From: Candidatus Woesearchaeota archaeon
GTDB lineage: Archaea > Nanobdellota > Nanobdellia > Woesearchaeales > WAPY01
Length of the DNA stretch: 54,034 nucleotides
Reading direction: 5' to 3'
Assembly: GCA_038825775.1 (NCBI GenBank)
Contig: JAWBOW010000001.1
Location: forward strand, 1 to 54,034
Shown here: piece by piece, positions 8,501-16,863 of the stretch
Layout: each line of letters starts with the position of its first letter
How positions within the stretch are numbered: position 1 is the first letter of the stretch
The notes under the pieces: model-generated
Told to the model about the DNA's origin: nothing
Seen by the model: the letters and a program-made list of their open reading frames with translations, nothing else
Database searches by the model: none
Program-made: the position numbers and the translations under genes

Positions 8501-10270
8501 ATGAGATTAGCATTCGTGAATAAGGAAAACTGCAAAGGAGGGGTTGATTGTAATTATATATGCGTATCGGTTTGTCCAATAAATAGGGCTAAAAAGGACT
8601 GCATAACAATAAGTGACAATAAAAAAGTTATCATTGATGAAAAATTATGTATTGGTTGTGGTATTTGTGTAAAAAGGTGTCCTTTTAACGCATTATCAAT
8701 AATAAATCTTCCTGAAGAACTAAAAAAACCAATTCATAGGTATGGAAAGAATGGTTTTGCATTATACAACTTACCAGTTCCCATTTTCGGAAAGGTTGTT
8801 GGGATTTTAGGAAGGAATGCTATTGGAAAAACAACTGCTCTTAAAATAATCTCTGGAATATTAAAACCAAATTTTGGAACCGAAAAAGAAGTGGATTATT
8901 CAGAAATAATAAGTTTTTTTAAAGGACAAGAAGCACAAAAATTCTTTGAAGGACTTAAAAATAATTCTATTAAGGTATCTTACAAACCCCAAAATATTGA
9001 CCAAATTCCAGTAACATATAATGGGAAGGTATTTGAGTTGTTAAAAAGGGTTGATGAAAAAAATAATTTTGAAGAAATTGTTGAAAAACTTGATTTGAGG
9101 AATATACTTGAAAGAAACATAAGAGAGCTTTCAGGAGGAGAATTACAGAGAGTTGCAATAGCAGCAGCTGTTCTAAAAAAAGCAAACTTATACATCTTTG
9201 ACGAGCCAACATCTTACCTTGACATAAACCAAAGATTAAAAATAGCAAAGTTCATCAGAGAATTAATTGTTGAAAACCAGAACAAAGATGTTTCTGTTTT
9301 GGTCGTGGAGCATGATTTATTAGTTTTGGATTACATGAGTGATTTGGTATATGTTTTTTATGGAAAGAGTGGTTGTTACGGAATTGTCTCAATGCTTAAA
9401 TCAACAAGACAAGGAATTAACGAGTATTTAGAAGGATTTTTAAAAGAAGAAAACATGAGAATAAGAGAAAAACCTATTGTGTTTGAGGAAAAACCACCTA
9501 TTATTTTCAAGCGAGAGGAAAAACTAACTTCTTGGAAGGACATTGTAAAAAAAATGGACGGTTTTGTTTTGGAAGCAAGAGATGGTGTTTTGTTTAAACA
9601 CCAAGTTATTGGAGTTTTAGGAGAAAATGGGATTGGAAAAACAACATTTGCAAAAATACTATCAGGCATAACAAAACCCGACTCTGGAAGTTTTGAAAAA
9701 ATAATTGTTTCTTACAAACCACAATACTTGGCTGAAAGGATGAATGATTTAAAGGAAAAGAGAGTTTTTGAAATTATACCAAAAAAAGAAGAAGAAATTT
9801 CTATTCAAGTAATAAGAAATTTGGAAATACCTGTTTTGGAACAAAAAAAGATAGGTGAACTTTCTGGAGGAGAACTACAGAGAGTTGCAATAACCGATTG
9901 TTTGCTTAAAGAAGCAGACATTTACTTATTAGACGAGCCTTCAGCTTATCTTGATGTTGAGGAAAGAATGATTGTTGCAAAAACAATAAGGGACTTTGCA
10001 CAGAAAACAGGAAAAACATTCTTAGTTATTGACCATGATTTATTGTTTTTGGATTCAATATCAGAAGCACTTATTGTATTTTCTGGAAAACCATCTTTGC
10101 ATGGAATAGTTAATGGCCCCTTTGATATGGAAAAGGGAATGAACTTTTTCCTTGAAAAGTTAGGAATAACTTTAAGAAGAGATGTTGAAACAAAAAGACC
10201 AAGAATAAACAAAGAAGAATCTAAAAAGGACAGAATACAAAAAGAAACAAGAAAATATTATTATACTTAA
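8501..10270 (+). CDS. abce1: ABCE1 / RNase L inhibitor (ribosome recycling ATPase)
   Basis: N-terminal Fe-S Cys clusters (CIGCGICVKRCP). Two ABC cassettes with Walker A GRNAIGKTT and GENGIGKTT, and LSGGELQRVAI twice. Confidence 0.95.
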   Translation: MRLAFVNKENCKGGVDCNYICVSVCPINRAKKDCITISDNKKVIIDEKLCIGCGICVKRCPFNALSIINLPEELKKPIHRYGKNGFALYNLPVPIFGKVVGILGRNAIGKTTALKIISGILKPNFGTEKEVDYSEIISFFKGQEAQKFFEGLKNNSIKVSYKPQNIDQIPVTYNGKVFELLKRVDEKNNFEEIVEKLDLRNILERNIRELSGGELQRVAIAAAVLKKANLYIFDEPTSYLDINQRLKIAKFIRELIVENQNKDVSVLVVEHDLLVLDYMSDLVYVFYGKSGCYGIVSMLKSTRQGINEYLEGFLKEENMRIREKPIVFEEKPPIIFKREEKLTSWKDIVKKMDGFVLEARDGVLFKHQVIGVLGENGIGKTTFAKILSGITKPDSGSFEKIIVSYKPQYLAERMNDLKEKRVFEIIPKKEEEISIQVIRNLEIPVLEQKKIGELSGGELQRVAITDCLLKEADIYLLDEPSAYLDVEERMIVAKTIRDFAQKTGKTFLVIDHDLLFLDSISEALIVFSGKPSLHGIVNGPFDMEKGMNFFLEKLGITLRRDVETKRPRINKEESKKDRIQKETRKYYYT

Positions 10271-10297
10271 AAAGTAAATATATATTATTATAATAAA

Positions 10298-10987
10298 ATG
10301 AGGGTTGGTGTTTTATTCTCAGGGGGAAAGGACTCTTGTTTAGCACTAATGAAATCCGTGGGCAAGAATGCAGTTAAGTGTTTAATAAATGTTTATTCTG
10401 AAAACCCTGAAAGTTATATGTTCCACACAATAAACTCTGACTTTACAAGAATACAAGCAAAAGCAATGAAAATCCCGTTAGAGATTATAAAGACAAAGGG
10501 CTTAGAAGAGAAAGAGGTTTATGACCTAAAAATTGGCTTGTTAAAAATTAAAAAGAAGTATAAGCTTGAAGGGATTGTTTCTGGGGCAATCGCCTCAAAC
10601 TATCAATACTCAAGAATAAAAAGAATTTGTGAGGAGTTAAAACTAAACTCTATAACTCCTTTATGGCAAAAACCACAAGATATTGTGCTAAAAGAGGTCT
10701 TAAAAAACAAAATAAAAGCAATAATTGTAGGCGTTTTTGCAGATAACCTTGGTAAAGATTTTTTGGGAAAAGAAATAAATGAAGAACTAATAAAAAAACT
10801 CGAGGAAATTAACAAAAGAACAAGTTTAAACATAAGCGGGGAAGGTGGAGAGTTTGAAACGTTTGTGATAGACGCTCCGGTTTTTAAAAGAAAAATAATA
10901 ATTGAAGATTTTGATATTGATTATAAAAATAATTCAGGAACATTAAAAATAAAAAAGGTAAGGCTAGAGAGAAAAACTAAAAATTAA
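10298..10987 (+). CDS. diphthine-ammonia ligase-like PP-loop ATPase (Dph6 / MJ0570 family)
   Basis: N-terminal PP-loop FSGGKDS and the EGGEFETFV motif; 229 aa. Confidence 0.8.
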   Translation: MRVGVLFSGGKDSCLALMKSVGKNAVKCLINVYSENPESYMFHTINSDFTRIQAKAMKIPLEIIKTKGLEEKEVYDLKIGLLKIKKKYKLEGIVSGAIASNYQYSRIKRICEELKLNSITPLWQKPQDIVLKEVLKNKIKAIIVGVFADNLGKDFLGKEINEELIKKLEEINKRTSLNISGEGGEFETFVIDAPVFKRKIIIEDFDIDYKNNSGTLKIKKVRLERKTKN

Positions 10988-11017
10988 TAAAAAGGCAAAA
11001 AATTATTTTTTGTTAAA

Positions 11018-11557
11018 ATGTTAGAATTCAAAGTTAAAGAAATTATTGAACAGTTGGAAGAATTAAAAAACAAAGATTATTCTTTAAAAAAGGCAATAGA
11101 TTATTTTAAAACAAAAGAAATTTTAAGCAGCGAAGAAATAAGAATGCGCTTTGGAAGAGAAAAGTATGGCGTTTTCCTATACACCATTGGACTGAAAGAA
11201 CAAAATTTTTGGATTAAAGAAAAAAGGGATAAAATAATCGAGGAATTCTTAAATTTAAAACACCCTTATTTGTTATACCTTGCTGGTATTTATTGGACTG
11301 ATTTTTGGTTTACAAAAGAAATAACAAAAAAATTAATAGAATCAAAAGATCCTTATTTATTGTATTATGCTGGACTTGATTGGAAAGCAGAAAGATTTAG
11401 TGAGGAAATTGCAAGAACGCTTTTAGAAACAAAAGATCAAAAATACATTAACTTAGCATTAAAAAATTGGAACAAAACAAGAAAAGAAATTCTTGAGAAA
11501 TACATAAAAGAAAAAGAAGAGGAAAACATAAAAAAACATAAGAAAAGAAAGAAATAA
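11018..11557 (+). CDS. hypothetical helical-repeat protein
   Basis: 179 aa with three tandem ~30-aa units (KHPYLLYLAGIYW..KEITKKLIES / KDPYLLYYAGLDW..EEIARTLLET / KDQKYINLALKNW..KEILEKYIKE) and a K-rich tail. Confidence 0.65.
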   Translation: MLEFKVKEIIEQLEELKNKDYSLKKAIDYFKTKEILSSEEIRMRFGREKYGVFLYTIGLKEQNFWIKEKRDKIIEEFLNLKHPYLLYLAGIYWTDFWFTKEITKKLIESKDPYLLYYAGLDWKAERFSEEIARTLLETKDQKYINLALKNWNKTRKEILEKYIKEKEEENIKKHKKRKK

Positions 11558-11561
11558 ATAA

Positions 11562-12590
11562 TTAAAGTTTTGATTTTAAATTATTAATTTCCTCTTCAAT
11601 CCTAGACTTTGTTCTGTCATATAACCAAGGATAATTTTCCATTAATACATTCTTGATTTTAAGAATATAATTTAAAGAGTTGTTTATGTGCTTATTCAAA
11701 TCAATTTCCTCATAATTATCCCCACAAAAAACCCTATTTTGCCTTTCAGACCAATCACCAGGCTGGTCAGTTCCTGGAATGAAGTATTTAGCCCAATCTT
11801 TAATTGTTTCTTCAGAAGCAACGCAGCCAAGATTCAACAATTTATTTGTCTTAGAATAATAGGACTCGTCAGGCCCATAAAGTGGCATGTCATAACCATT
11901 ATTGCATAAAGCTGTTAAGTTACCAAAAGAGAGAACTATTAATTCATTACAATTCTTTCTTATTAAATTATTCCAGAGAAAATCCATTCCTTTCTCTGAA
12001 AGAAAACCATAATATATTATTTTGTTAAAATTTATTTTATACTCATAAGAAAGTTCAAACAATCTTTGAAGTGCTTTAAAACTTGTTTTTCCAGAAGCAA
12101 CAGTATCTTGAAGAAATAAATCACACTCAGAATTTTTAAAAAATTTTAAATTATTAAAGTCCTCAAAAACAATCTCAACCTGTCTTGAATTCTCATCGTG
12201 AGCCCTGTAAGAATTAATAACATACTTAGTTCTTATAAAAACCTCTCTAAAATCCTTTTTGTCAAAAACATTATGCATGTTGTAACCCAAAGAAGCTCTT
12301 AAAACATGATAGAACAAAAAATTACTATTCAAAATATTATTCTCCTTAAAAAATTTTAAAGCATGATTAGCACACTCCATTGAAAGTTTATCAAGTTCTT
12401 CTCCAACAATAGATGGAAAGCAAGCAATTTTCATACAAGCTGTGCAATCAAGAAGAAATGTCTTGTAAGGTTTTTCATAATACTCAAAAACTTTAAAAGC
12501 AGCAGAATCAAATATCTTTTTAACATTTGTTTTTATGTTAAAATCAGTTATTATTTTTTTAACATCTTCATCCTTAAAATCGCAAATCAA
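11562..12590 (-). CDS. divergent uracil-phosphoribosyltransferase-fold protein (PRT family, enlarged)
   Basis: 342 aa. Three colinear UPRTase-type motifs: HVLRASLGY (cf. ILRAGLGM), DLFLQDTVASGKT (PRPP loop, cf. DPMLATGGS) and YFIPGTDQPGDW (cf. YIIPGLGDAGD). There is an extra ~90-aa N-terminus and a ~45-aa insertion. Confidence 0.6.
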   Translation of the reverse strand: MICDFKDEDVKKIITDFNIKTNVKKIFDSAAFKVFEYYEKPYKTFLLDCTACMKIACFPSIVGEELDKLSMECANHALKFFKENNILNSNFLFYHVLRASLGYNMHNVFDKKDFREVFIRTKYVINSYRAHDENSRQVEIVFEDFNNLKFFKNSECDLFLQDTVASGKTSFKALQRLFELSYEYKINFNKIIYYGFLSEKGMDFLWNNLIRKNCNELIVLSFGNLTALCNNGYDMPLYGPDESYYSKTNKLLNLGCVASEETIKDWAKYFIPGTDQPGDWSERQNRVFCGDNYEEIDLNKHINNSLNYILKIKNVLMENYPWLYDRTKSRIEEEINNLKSKL

Positions 12591-12758
12591 AAACTCACCT
12601 CGCCTAAACCTCCAAAACTAAAAAAACAAGAGTTTATAAATTTTTTGGAATACTTTTTAAATTATTAAGAGATTTTTAAAAAACAATAATGCTTAAATAT
12701 TAAAAAATAAAAAAATAATTTTATAAAAATTAAAATAAATAAAAAAAGAGGTGTTTTT

Positions 12759-14045
12759 ATGATACACGAATATATTAATTTAGAATACGCTCCAAAAGAA
12801 GAAGAAATCATTTGCGAGTATTATGTTGAACCAGCACAAGGACTAAGCTTGGAAGAAGCAGCAACACACATTGCAGGAGAGAGCAGCATAGACACTTGGA
12901 CTGATATAAAAACACTAAGCCCAAAGATCGCTGAAAAACTAAAACCCCAAGTGTTCTTTATAGATAAAGAAAGGAACATAATAAAAATTGCTTACAAGAC
13001 AGATTTGTTTGAAACTTGCTCAGTAGCACAACTGCTAAGCAGCATTGCAGGAAACATTTTCAGCATGAAATTAGTTGAGAATTTAAAATTATTAGATGTT
13101 AAGATTCCAAAAAAAATGATTAGTGAGTTTAAAGGCCCAAAGTTTGGAATTGAAAACATAAGAAAATTATTGAAAGTTAAGGAGAGACCATTAATAGGAA
13201 CAATTGTAAAGCCAAAAACAGGACTAAACCCAAAACAACATGCAAAAGTAGCTTATGAATCATGGATTGGCGGTTGTGATATTGTGAAGGACGATGAAAA
13301 CTTGACAAACCAAAAATTCAACAAGTTTGAAGAGAGAGTAAAAACAACATTAAAATTAAGGGACAAAGCAGAGAAGGAAACTTCTGAAAAAAAGATTTAC
13401 ATGCCAAACATAACAGCACCAACAACAGAAGAAATGCTGAAAAGGGCAAAGTATGTTAAAAAATTAGGTGGAGAGTACGTAATGATTGACATAATACCAA
13501 CTGGCTGGACTTCTTTGCAAAGCTTAAGAGAAGCAAACGAAGAACTAAAACTAGTAATTCATAGTCACAGATGCATGCACTCTGCACTGACAAGAAACCC
13601 AAAGCATGGGATTAGCGTGTTAGTAATTACAAAACTCATAAGATTAATTGGAATGGACCAACTACACATCGGAACAGTAACTGGAAAAATGCATGGTGAC
13701 AAAGAAGAAGTCTTAAGTATTAGAGATGAATGCGTGCTAAAAGAAGTAAGAGAAAATTATGATAATAAGGTTTTGGAACAAAAATGGTATTCTATAAAAC
13801 CAGTTTTTCCAGTTGCATCTGGTGGGTTGCAACCAACAATGATTCCAAAACTTTACGAAATTTTTGGGAATGATGTTATAATGCAGTTTGGTGGTGGCAT
13901 CCATGCTCATCCTTTAGGAACAATTTCTGGAGCTATGGCTTGCAGACAAGCATTAGAAGCTGTGCTTCAAGGAATTTCTTTGGAAGAAGCTGCAAAAACA
14001 AAGAAAGAATTAAGAGAAGCAATAAACAAGTGGGGGATTTATTAG
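12759..14045 (+). CDS. rbcL: ribulose-1,5-bisphosphate carboxylase/oxygenase large subunit, form III
   Basis: 428 aa. Motifs KPKTGL, GGCDIVKDDENL (carbamylated Lys), HSHRCMH, LHIGTVTGK and GGGIHAHP. No small-subunit gene nearby. SD AGAGGTG upstream. Ends in a tandem TAG TGA stop. Confidence 0.95.
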   Translation: MIHEYINLEYAPKEEEIICEYYVEPAQGLSLEEAATHIAGESSIDTWTDIKTLSPKIAEKLKPQVFFIDKERNIIKIAYKTDLFETCSVAQLLSSIAGNIFSMKLVENLKLLDVKIPKKMISEFKGPKFGIENIRKLLKVKERPLIGTIVKPKTGLNPKQHAKVAYESWIGGCDIVKDDENLTNQKFNKFEERVKTTLKLRDKAEKETSEKKIYMPNITAPTTEEMLKRAKYVKKLGGEYVMIDIIPTGWTSLQSLREANEELKLVIHSHRCMHSALTRNPKHGISVLVITKLIRLIGMDQLHIGTVTGKMHGDKEEVLSIRDECVLKEVRENYDNKVLEQKWYSIKPVFPVASGGLQPTMIPKLYEIFGNDVIMQFGGGIHAHPLGTISGAMACRQALEAVLQGISLEEAAKTKKELREAINKWGIY

Positions 14046-14148
14046 TGATTATTTAAAAATTTAAAGTTAAAATTTTTAATATTACATTTTGGTGCAAATA
14101 TTTAGAACTTTTAAGGCCGGATGAAATTTTAAAATTGATCATAAAAAA

Positions 14149-15216
14149 CTATTTTTCATATAACAGTTCAAGGTTTTTTAAAGTCAAAGGTTTATTTCCA
14201 AGTGCTAATTGCTCAGCATTTTTAGAATAACTTTTTATATAGGATAAGCAATCTTTTCTTCTTTTATCATTTTCAGATATTAAATTCAAAAGTTCTTTTA
14301 GTTTTTCAGCTTCTGCTATATTGTGAGCTATTGCTTCTTGAGTTATTGGTTGTTCTAAAATTTTTTGTTTTATTTGTTCAAAATAATTTTTATCTCCATA
14401 TATTAATTTTCCTGAAAATATGGGATCAGTAACACTTATGTCCAGTTTATCACATAAATAATTAAACTCTTCTTTGTTTACTTCGTAAATATCAAGCCAG
14501 CCATTATAATAATTTAAAGAAGAGTTTTTTGAAACAACAAATAGGTCAATATCACTTTCAGGTTTTTGAGAACCATATAGTATTATAAATTCGATGTTAT
14601 AAAAATAAGAACTGTATAATCTTTTTAAAACTTCTAAAATTTTTTCTTTATCATAAAATTTTGGAAAGCCAAGTTGGGACATAAAACCAAAACGAGACAA
14701 TCTTTGTTCAGCATCTTTAAAATACTCAAATAAAGAGATAAAATAATTTGGTAATCTTTCTTTTTTTAATTCCCAAATTTTTGAGTTGCCGGTTTCTTCA
14801 CATATCAAAGCTTCAAGCCAAATAGCAAAACCCTCATAATTATCAATACTAGATTTTGCAATACCAAAAAGTTGTTCTGTTGTATTTACTTCACCAAAAA
14901 AGGGTTTTTCATCTTTACCTTTTATAAGAATATCAACTAATTTTTGACCAATTTTTGAATGTTCACAAAACAAGCCATGACCATAAAACTCGTGAAAAAC
15001 ATTAGAAATGAACACAGGACTATCAATTTTAACATATGCAGAATAAGAGATGGGAACATATAAACCCTCACTATTAACATTAAAACCATTAATACTACAA
15101 AACTCTTGCCAATTGTTAGTGTCATAAATTTTTAATTTTGATTTTTGTAATCTTAAATTAAACTCTGATTGAATAAAAGAAGAAGCATCTTTTAATATAA
15201 AATTAATTGATTTCAT
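14149..15216 (-). CDS. fusion protein: zincin-like N-domain + MNT-type nucleotidyltransferase + HEPN-like helical tail
   Basis: HEFYGH...YEGFAIWLE in the N-terminal half; LYGSQKPESDIDLFVV (GS..DxD pol-beta NTase signature) near aa 215-230; helical C-terminus (AIAHNIAEAEKLKELL...AEQLALGNKPLTLKNLELL) without an Rx4-6H motif. The ATG at 15216 overlaps the upstream stop by 14 nt. Confidence 0.75.
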   Translation of the reverse strand: MKSINFILKDASSFIQSEFNLRLQKSKLKIYDTNNWQEFCSINGFNVNSEGLYVPISYSAYVKIDSPVFISNVFHEFYGHGLFCEHSKIGQKLVDILIKGKDEKPFFGEVNTTEQLFGIAKSSIDNYEGFAIWLEALICEETGNSKIWELKKERLPNYFISLFEYFKDAEQRLSRFGFMSQLGFPKFYDKEKILEVLKRLYSSYFYNIEFIILYGSQKPESDIDLFVVSKNSSLNYYNGWLDIYEVNKEEFNYLCDKLDISVTDPIFSGKLIYGDKNYFEQIKQKILEQPITQEAIAHNIAEAEKLKELLNLISENDKRRKDCLSYIKSYSKNAEQLALGNKPLTLKNLELLYEK

Positions 15217-15715
15217 AATTATCACTACTTTTTTGCTTTTTTCCTTCCCAAAAATTCCTTACTTTTTTTGAAAATTTAATTAGCGAAGGTAAATGCTTTC
15301 TCCAAATTTCTAAGGATTTATCAACGTATTCTGCTTCTTTTTGTTTATCTTTTGTTAGTCCAACTTCCGTGTTAAAAGCAACTATTGACATAAAATCCTT
15401 GAGAATCACATTTAATTCTTCTTTTTCTTTATCGTTAAACAACTGACTCTCTGATGTGCTTATTATAGAATATGGTGTTGGAATTAGCCAAGAGTGTATT
15501 TGTTGAACCCAACTATAAAAAGTATCTTTGATTCTACTACAAATCATGCGATTTATTTTTGTACTAACAAAACCATAAGCTAAAACATAATCTTGAATAA
15601 AAAACACTTCATCTAGTTCTTCAAAAGAAGATTTAAAATTTACTTCTTTTTTCCAGGTGTTAAATGCTTTTTTTAAATTACCAACTAAATTATTCTTATT
15701 TTTAAGATTGCTCAT
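15203..15715 (-). CDS. hypothetical protein, 170 aa (operon member)
   Basis: ORF overlaps both neighbours by 14 nt (ATGAGCAATCTTAA at its start, ATGAAATCAATTAA at its end). No family recognised. Confidence 0.7.
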   Translation of the reverse strand: MSNLKNKNNLVGNLKKAFNTWKKEVNFKSSFEELDEVFFIQDYVLAYGFVSTKINRMICSRIKDTFYSWVQQIHSWLIPTPYSIISTSESQLFNDKEKEELNVILKDFMSIVAFNTEVGLTKDKQKEAEYVDKSLEIWRKHLPSLIKFSKKVRNFWEGKKQKSSDNYEIN

Positions 15716-16001
15716 TTTCCAATTCTTGCTTTCGTTTTTTAAGATTTAAAATTATTTTTTTAACTTCTCCATTTTTAAGCATCTTTAGATTAGGATCCTT
15801 ATTAGGATAAGCCAAAGCAAATAACTTACCAACAGCTATATTAACACTTTCACTAAGCAAAGTATTTCCAGGTGTTAGTTTATTATAAATTGCTCTCGCT
15901 TTTTTAGAAGTATTTTTATTTAAACCATTCATCAAAAAAAATTCATAGATTTGGATTAATTCTTTGATTGCGCTCAGTTCTAATTCTTTCATTTTATTCA
16001 T
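15702..16001 (-). CDS. hypothetical protein, ~99 aa (operon member)
   Basis: Same-strand ORF 21 nt after the upstream stop. The start is ATG 16001 or ATG 15992. Helical, with a K/E-rich end. Confidence 0.6.
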   Translation of the reverse strand: MNKMKELELSAIKELIQIYEFFLMNGLNKNTSKKARAIYNKLTPGNTLLSESVNIAVGKLFALAYPNKDPNLKMLKNGEVKKIILNLKKRKQELENEQS

Positions 16002-16022
16002 CAAAAAAATAAAAAAATTTAC

Positions 16023-16217
16023 TTACGGAAATTTCTTGAAATTATTTTTTAAAATTGGGTCTAACAATGAACATTCATATCCATTGTATTCTTTTATTAC
16101 TTTTCCAAAGGGATCCCTTACATGTCCGTGCGTCAAAGTTGTATTATCCAGTCCATGAAAATCAAGCTTGTATCCTCCACCCAAATCAAATCCATACCTA
16201 AATGGTTTTGGGTCCAT
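16023..16217 (-). CDS. hypothetical protein, 64 aa (operon member)
   Basis: MDPKPFRYGFDLGGGYKLDFHGLDNTTLTHGHVRDPFGKV... The start lies directly after the upstream ORF stop (TGA TTG ATG). Confidence 0.55.
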   Translation of the reverse strand: MDPKPFRYGFDLGGGYKLDFHGLDNTTLTHGHVRDPFGKVIKEYNGYECSLLDPILKNNFKKFP

Positions 16218-16220
16218 CAA

Positions 16221-16316
16221 TCAAAATGTTTTTGGTTGAGGTGTATAAAGAACAAGTGTTCCTTTAGTGTATTTATCTATTGTTTCGTATTTTCTTATTT
16301 TCTCAAATTGTGGCAT
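16221..16316 (-). CDS. possible first small ORF of the operon (31 aa from the ATG; up to 46 aa if the start is GTG 16361 or ATT 16352)
   Basis: In-frame ORF ending TGA immediately before the next start. G-rich SD-like GAGAGGGGGGTGG at 16358-16370. The start codon is ambiguous. Confidence 0.35.
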   Translation of the reverse strand: MPQFEKIRKYETIDKYTKGTLVLYTPQPKTF

Positions 16317-16494
16317 ATATTCAACTATTTGTTCTAATAATTGGTTCGTAATTTTTACCACCCCCCTCTCAAAAATTTTTAATTGTTTCTTTTATTTAAG
16401 ATGTTATTAAATTATTTTAACTTATAAATTTTTTCTTTCTTTTTTCAAAAGATTTTCGATAACTCAAAATGTTTGAAAAAAGAAAAAAGCATAC

Positions 16495-16509
16495 ATTTAA
16501 ATATAACCT
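16495..16509 (+). promoter_or_regulatory. TATA-box promoter element ATTTAAATATAACCT (identical to 7491-7505 on the minus strand)
   Basis: TTTAAATA about 100 nt upstream of the CxxC mini-protein ATG. Its TATAACCT forms an 8-bp inverted repeat with AGGTTATA at 16526-16533. Confidence 0.5.
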
Positions 16510-16604
16510 GTTTATCTTTGAAAGAAGGTTATACGGATTCTCTTTCTAAGGAGATTTTCGTTATAGCTAAGAAAAACAAGAATAATAAGTGAGAGTGAGG
16601 TAAG

Positions 16605-16757
16605 ATGAGTTTTGGTAGCTTTAGGGGAAACTTCGCTAGAGAAATGCATAAGGCAGTATGTAGTGATTGTGGTAAGGACTGTGAAGTTCCTTTCAAACCA
16701 ACTGAAGGCAAACCTGTTTATTGTAGGGAATGCTATCAGAAAAGAAGGAAGTTCTAA
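16605..16757 (+). CDS. CxxC-x17-CxxC zinc-ribbon mini-protein (50 aa)
   Basis: MSFGSFRGNFAREMHKAVCSDCGKDCEVPFKPTEGKPVYCRECYQKRRKF, with SD GAGG before the ATG. Below the ORF-track size cut-off; the 16529..16711 minus-strand ORF is its antisense shadow. Confidence 0.75.
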   Translation: MSFGSFRGNFAREMHKAVCSDCGKDCEVPFKPTEGKPVYCRECYQKRRKF

Positions 16758-16863
16758 TTTTTTTGAAAATAAAAGTTAGAATTTAAACTTCTAAAAATTT
16801 TTTATTTTTTTATTTTTTATTTACAAATAATTCAATAAATTTTTACTTAAAGAATATCCTACT

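Noticed and set aside
8970-10212. Minus-strand ORFs inside ABCE1 (8970..9248, 8980..9195, 9376..9669, 9946..10212). The same type of overlap occurs in glmS/glmM (22564..22885, 24219..24854), in the 22916..23254 ORF that covers the glmS 3' end and the 23023 zinc-ribbon gene, and in other genes (2244..2461, 3602..3832, 10603..10833, 11688..11909, 47237..48022, 49651..50046).
   Set aside because: Each is antisense or out of frame within a confidently identified gene. They have hydrophobic or low-complexity translations and no SD or TATA context.
16529-16711. 60-aa minus-strand ORF.
   Set aside because: It is exactly antisense to the 50-aa CxxC-x17-CxxC gene, which has an SD, a promoter and a recognisable zinc-ribbon pattern.
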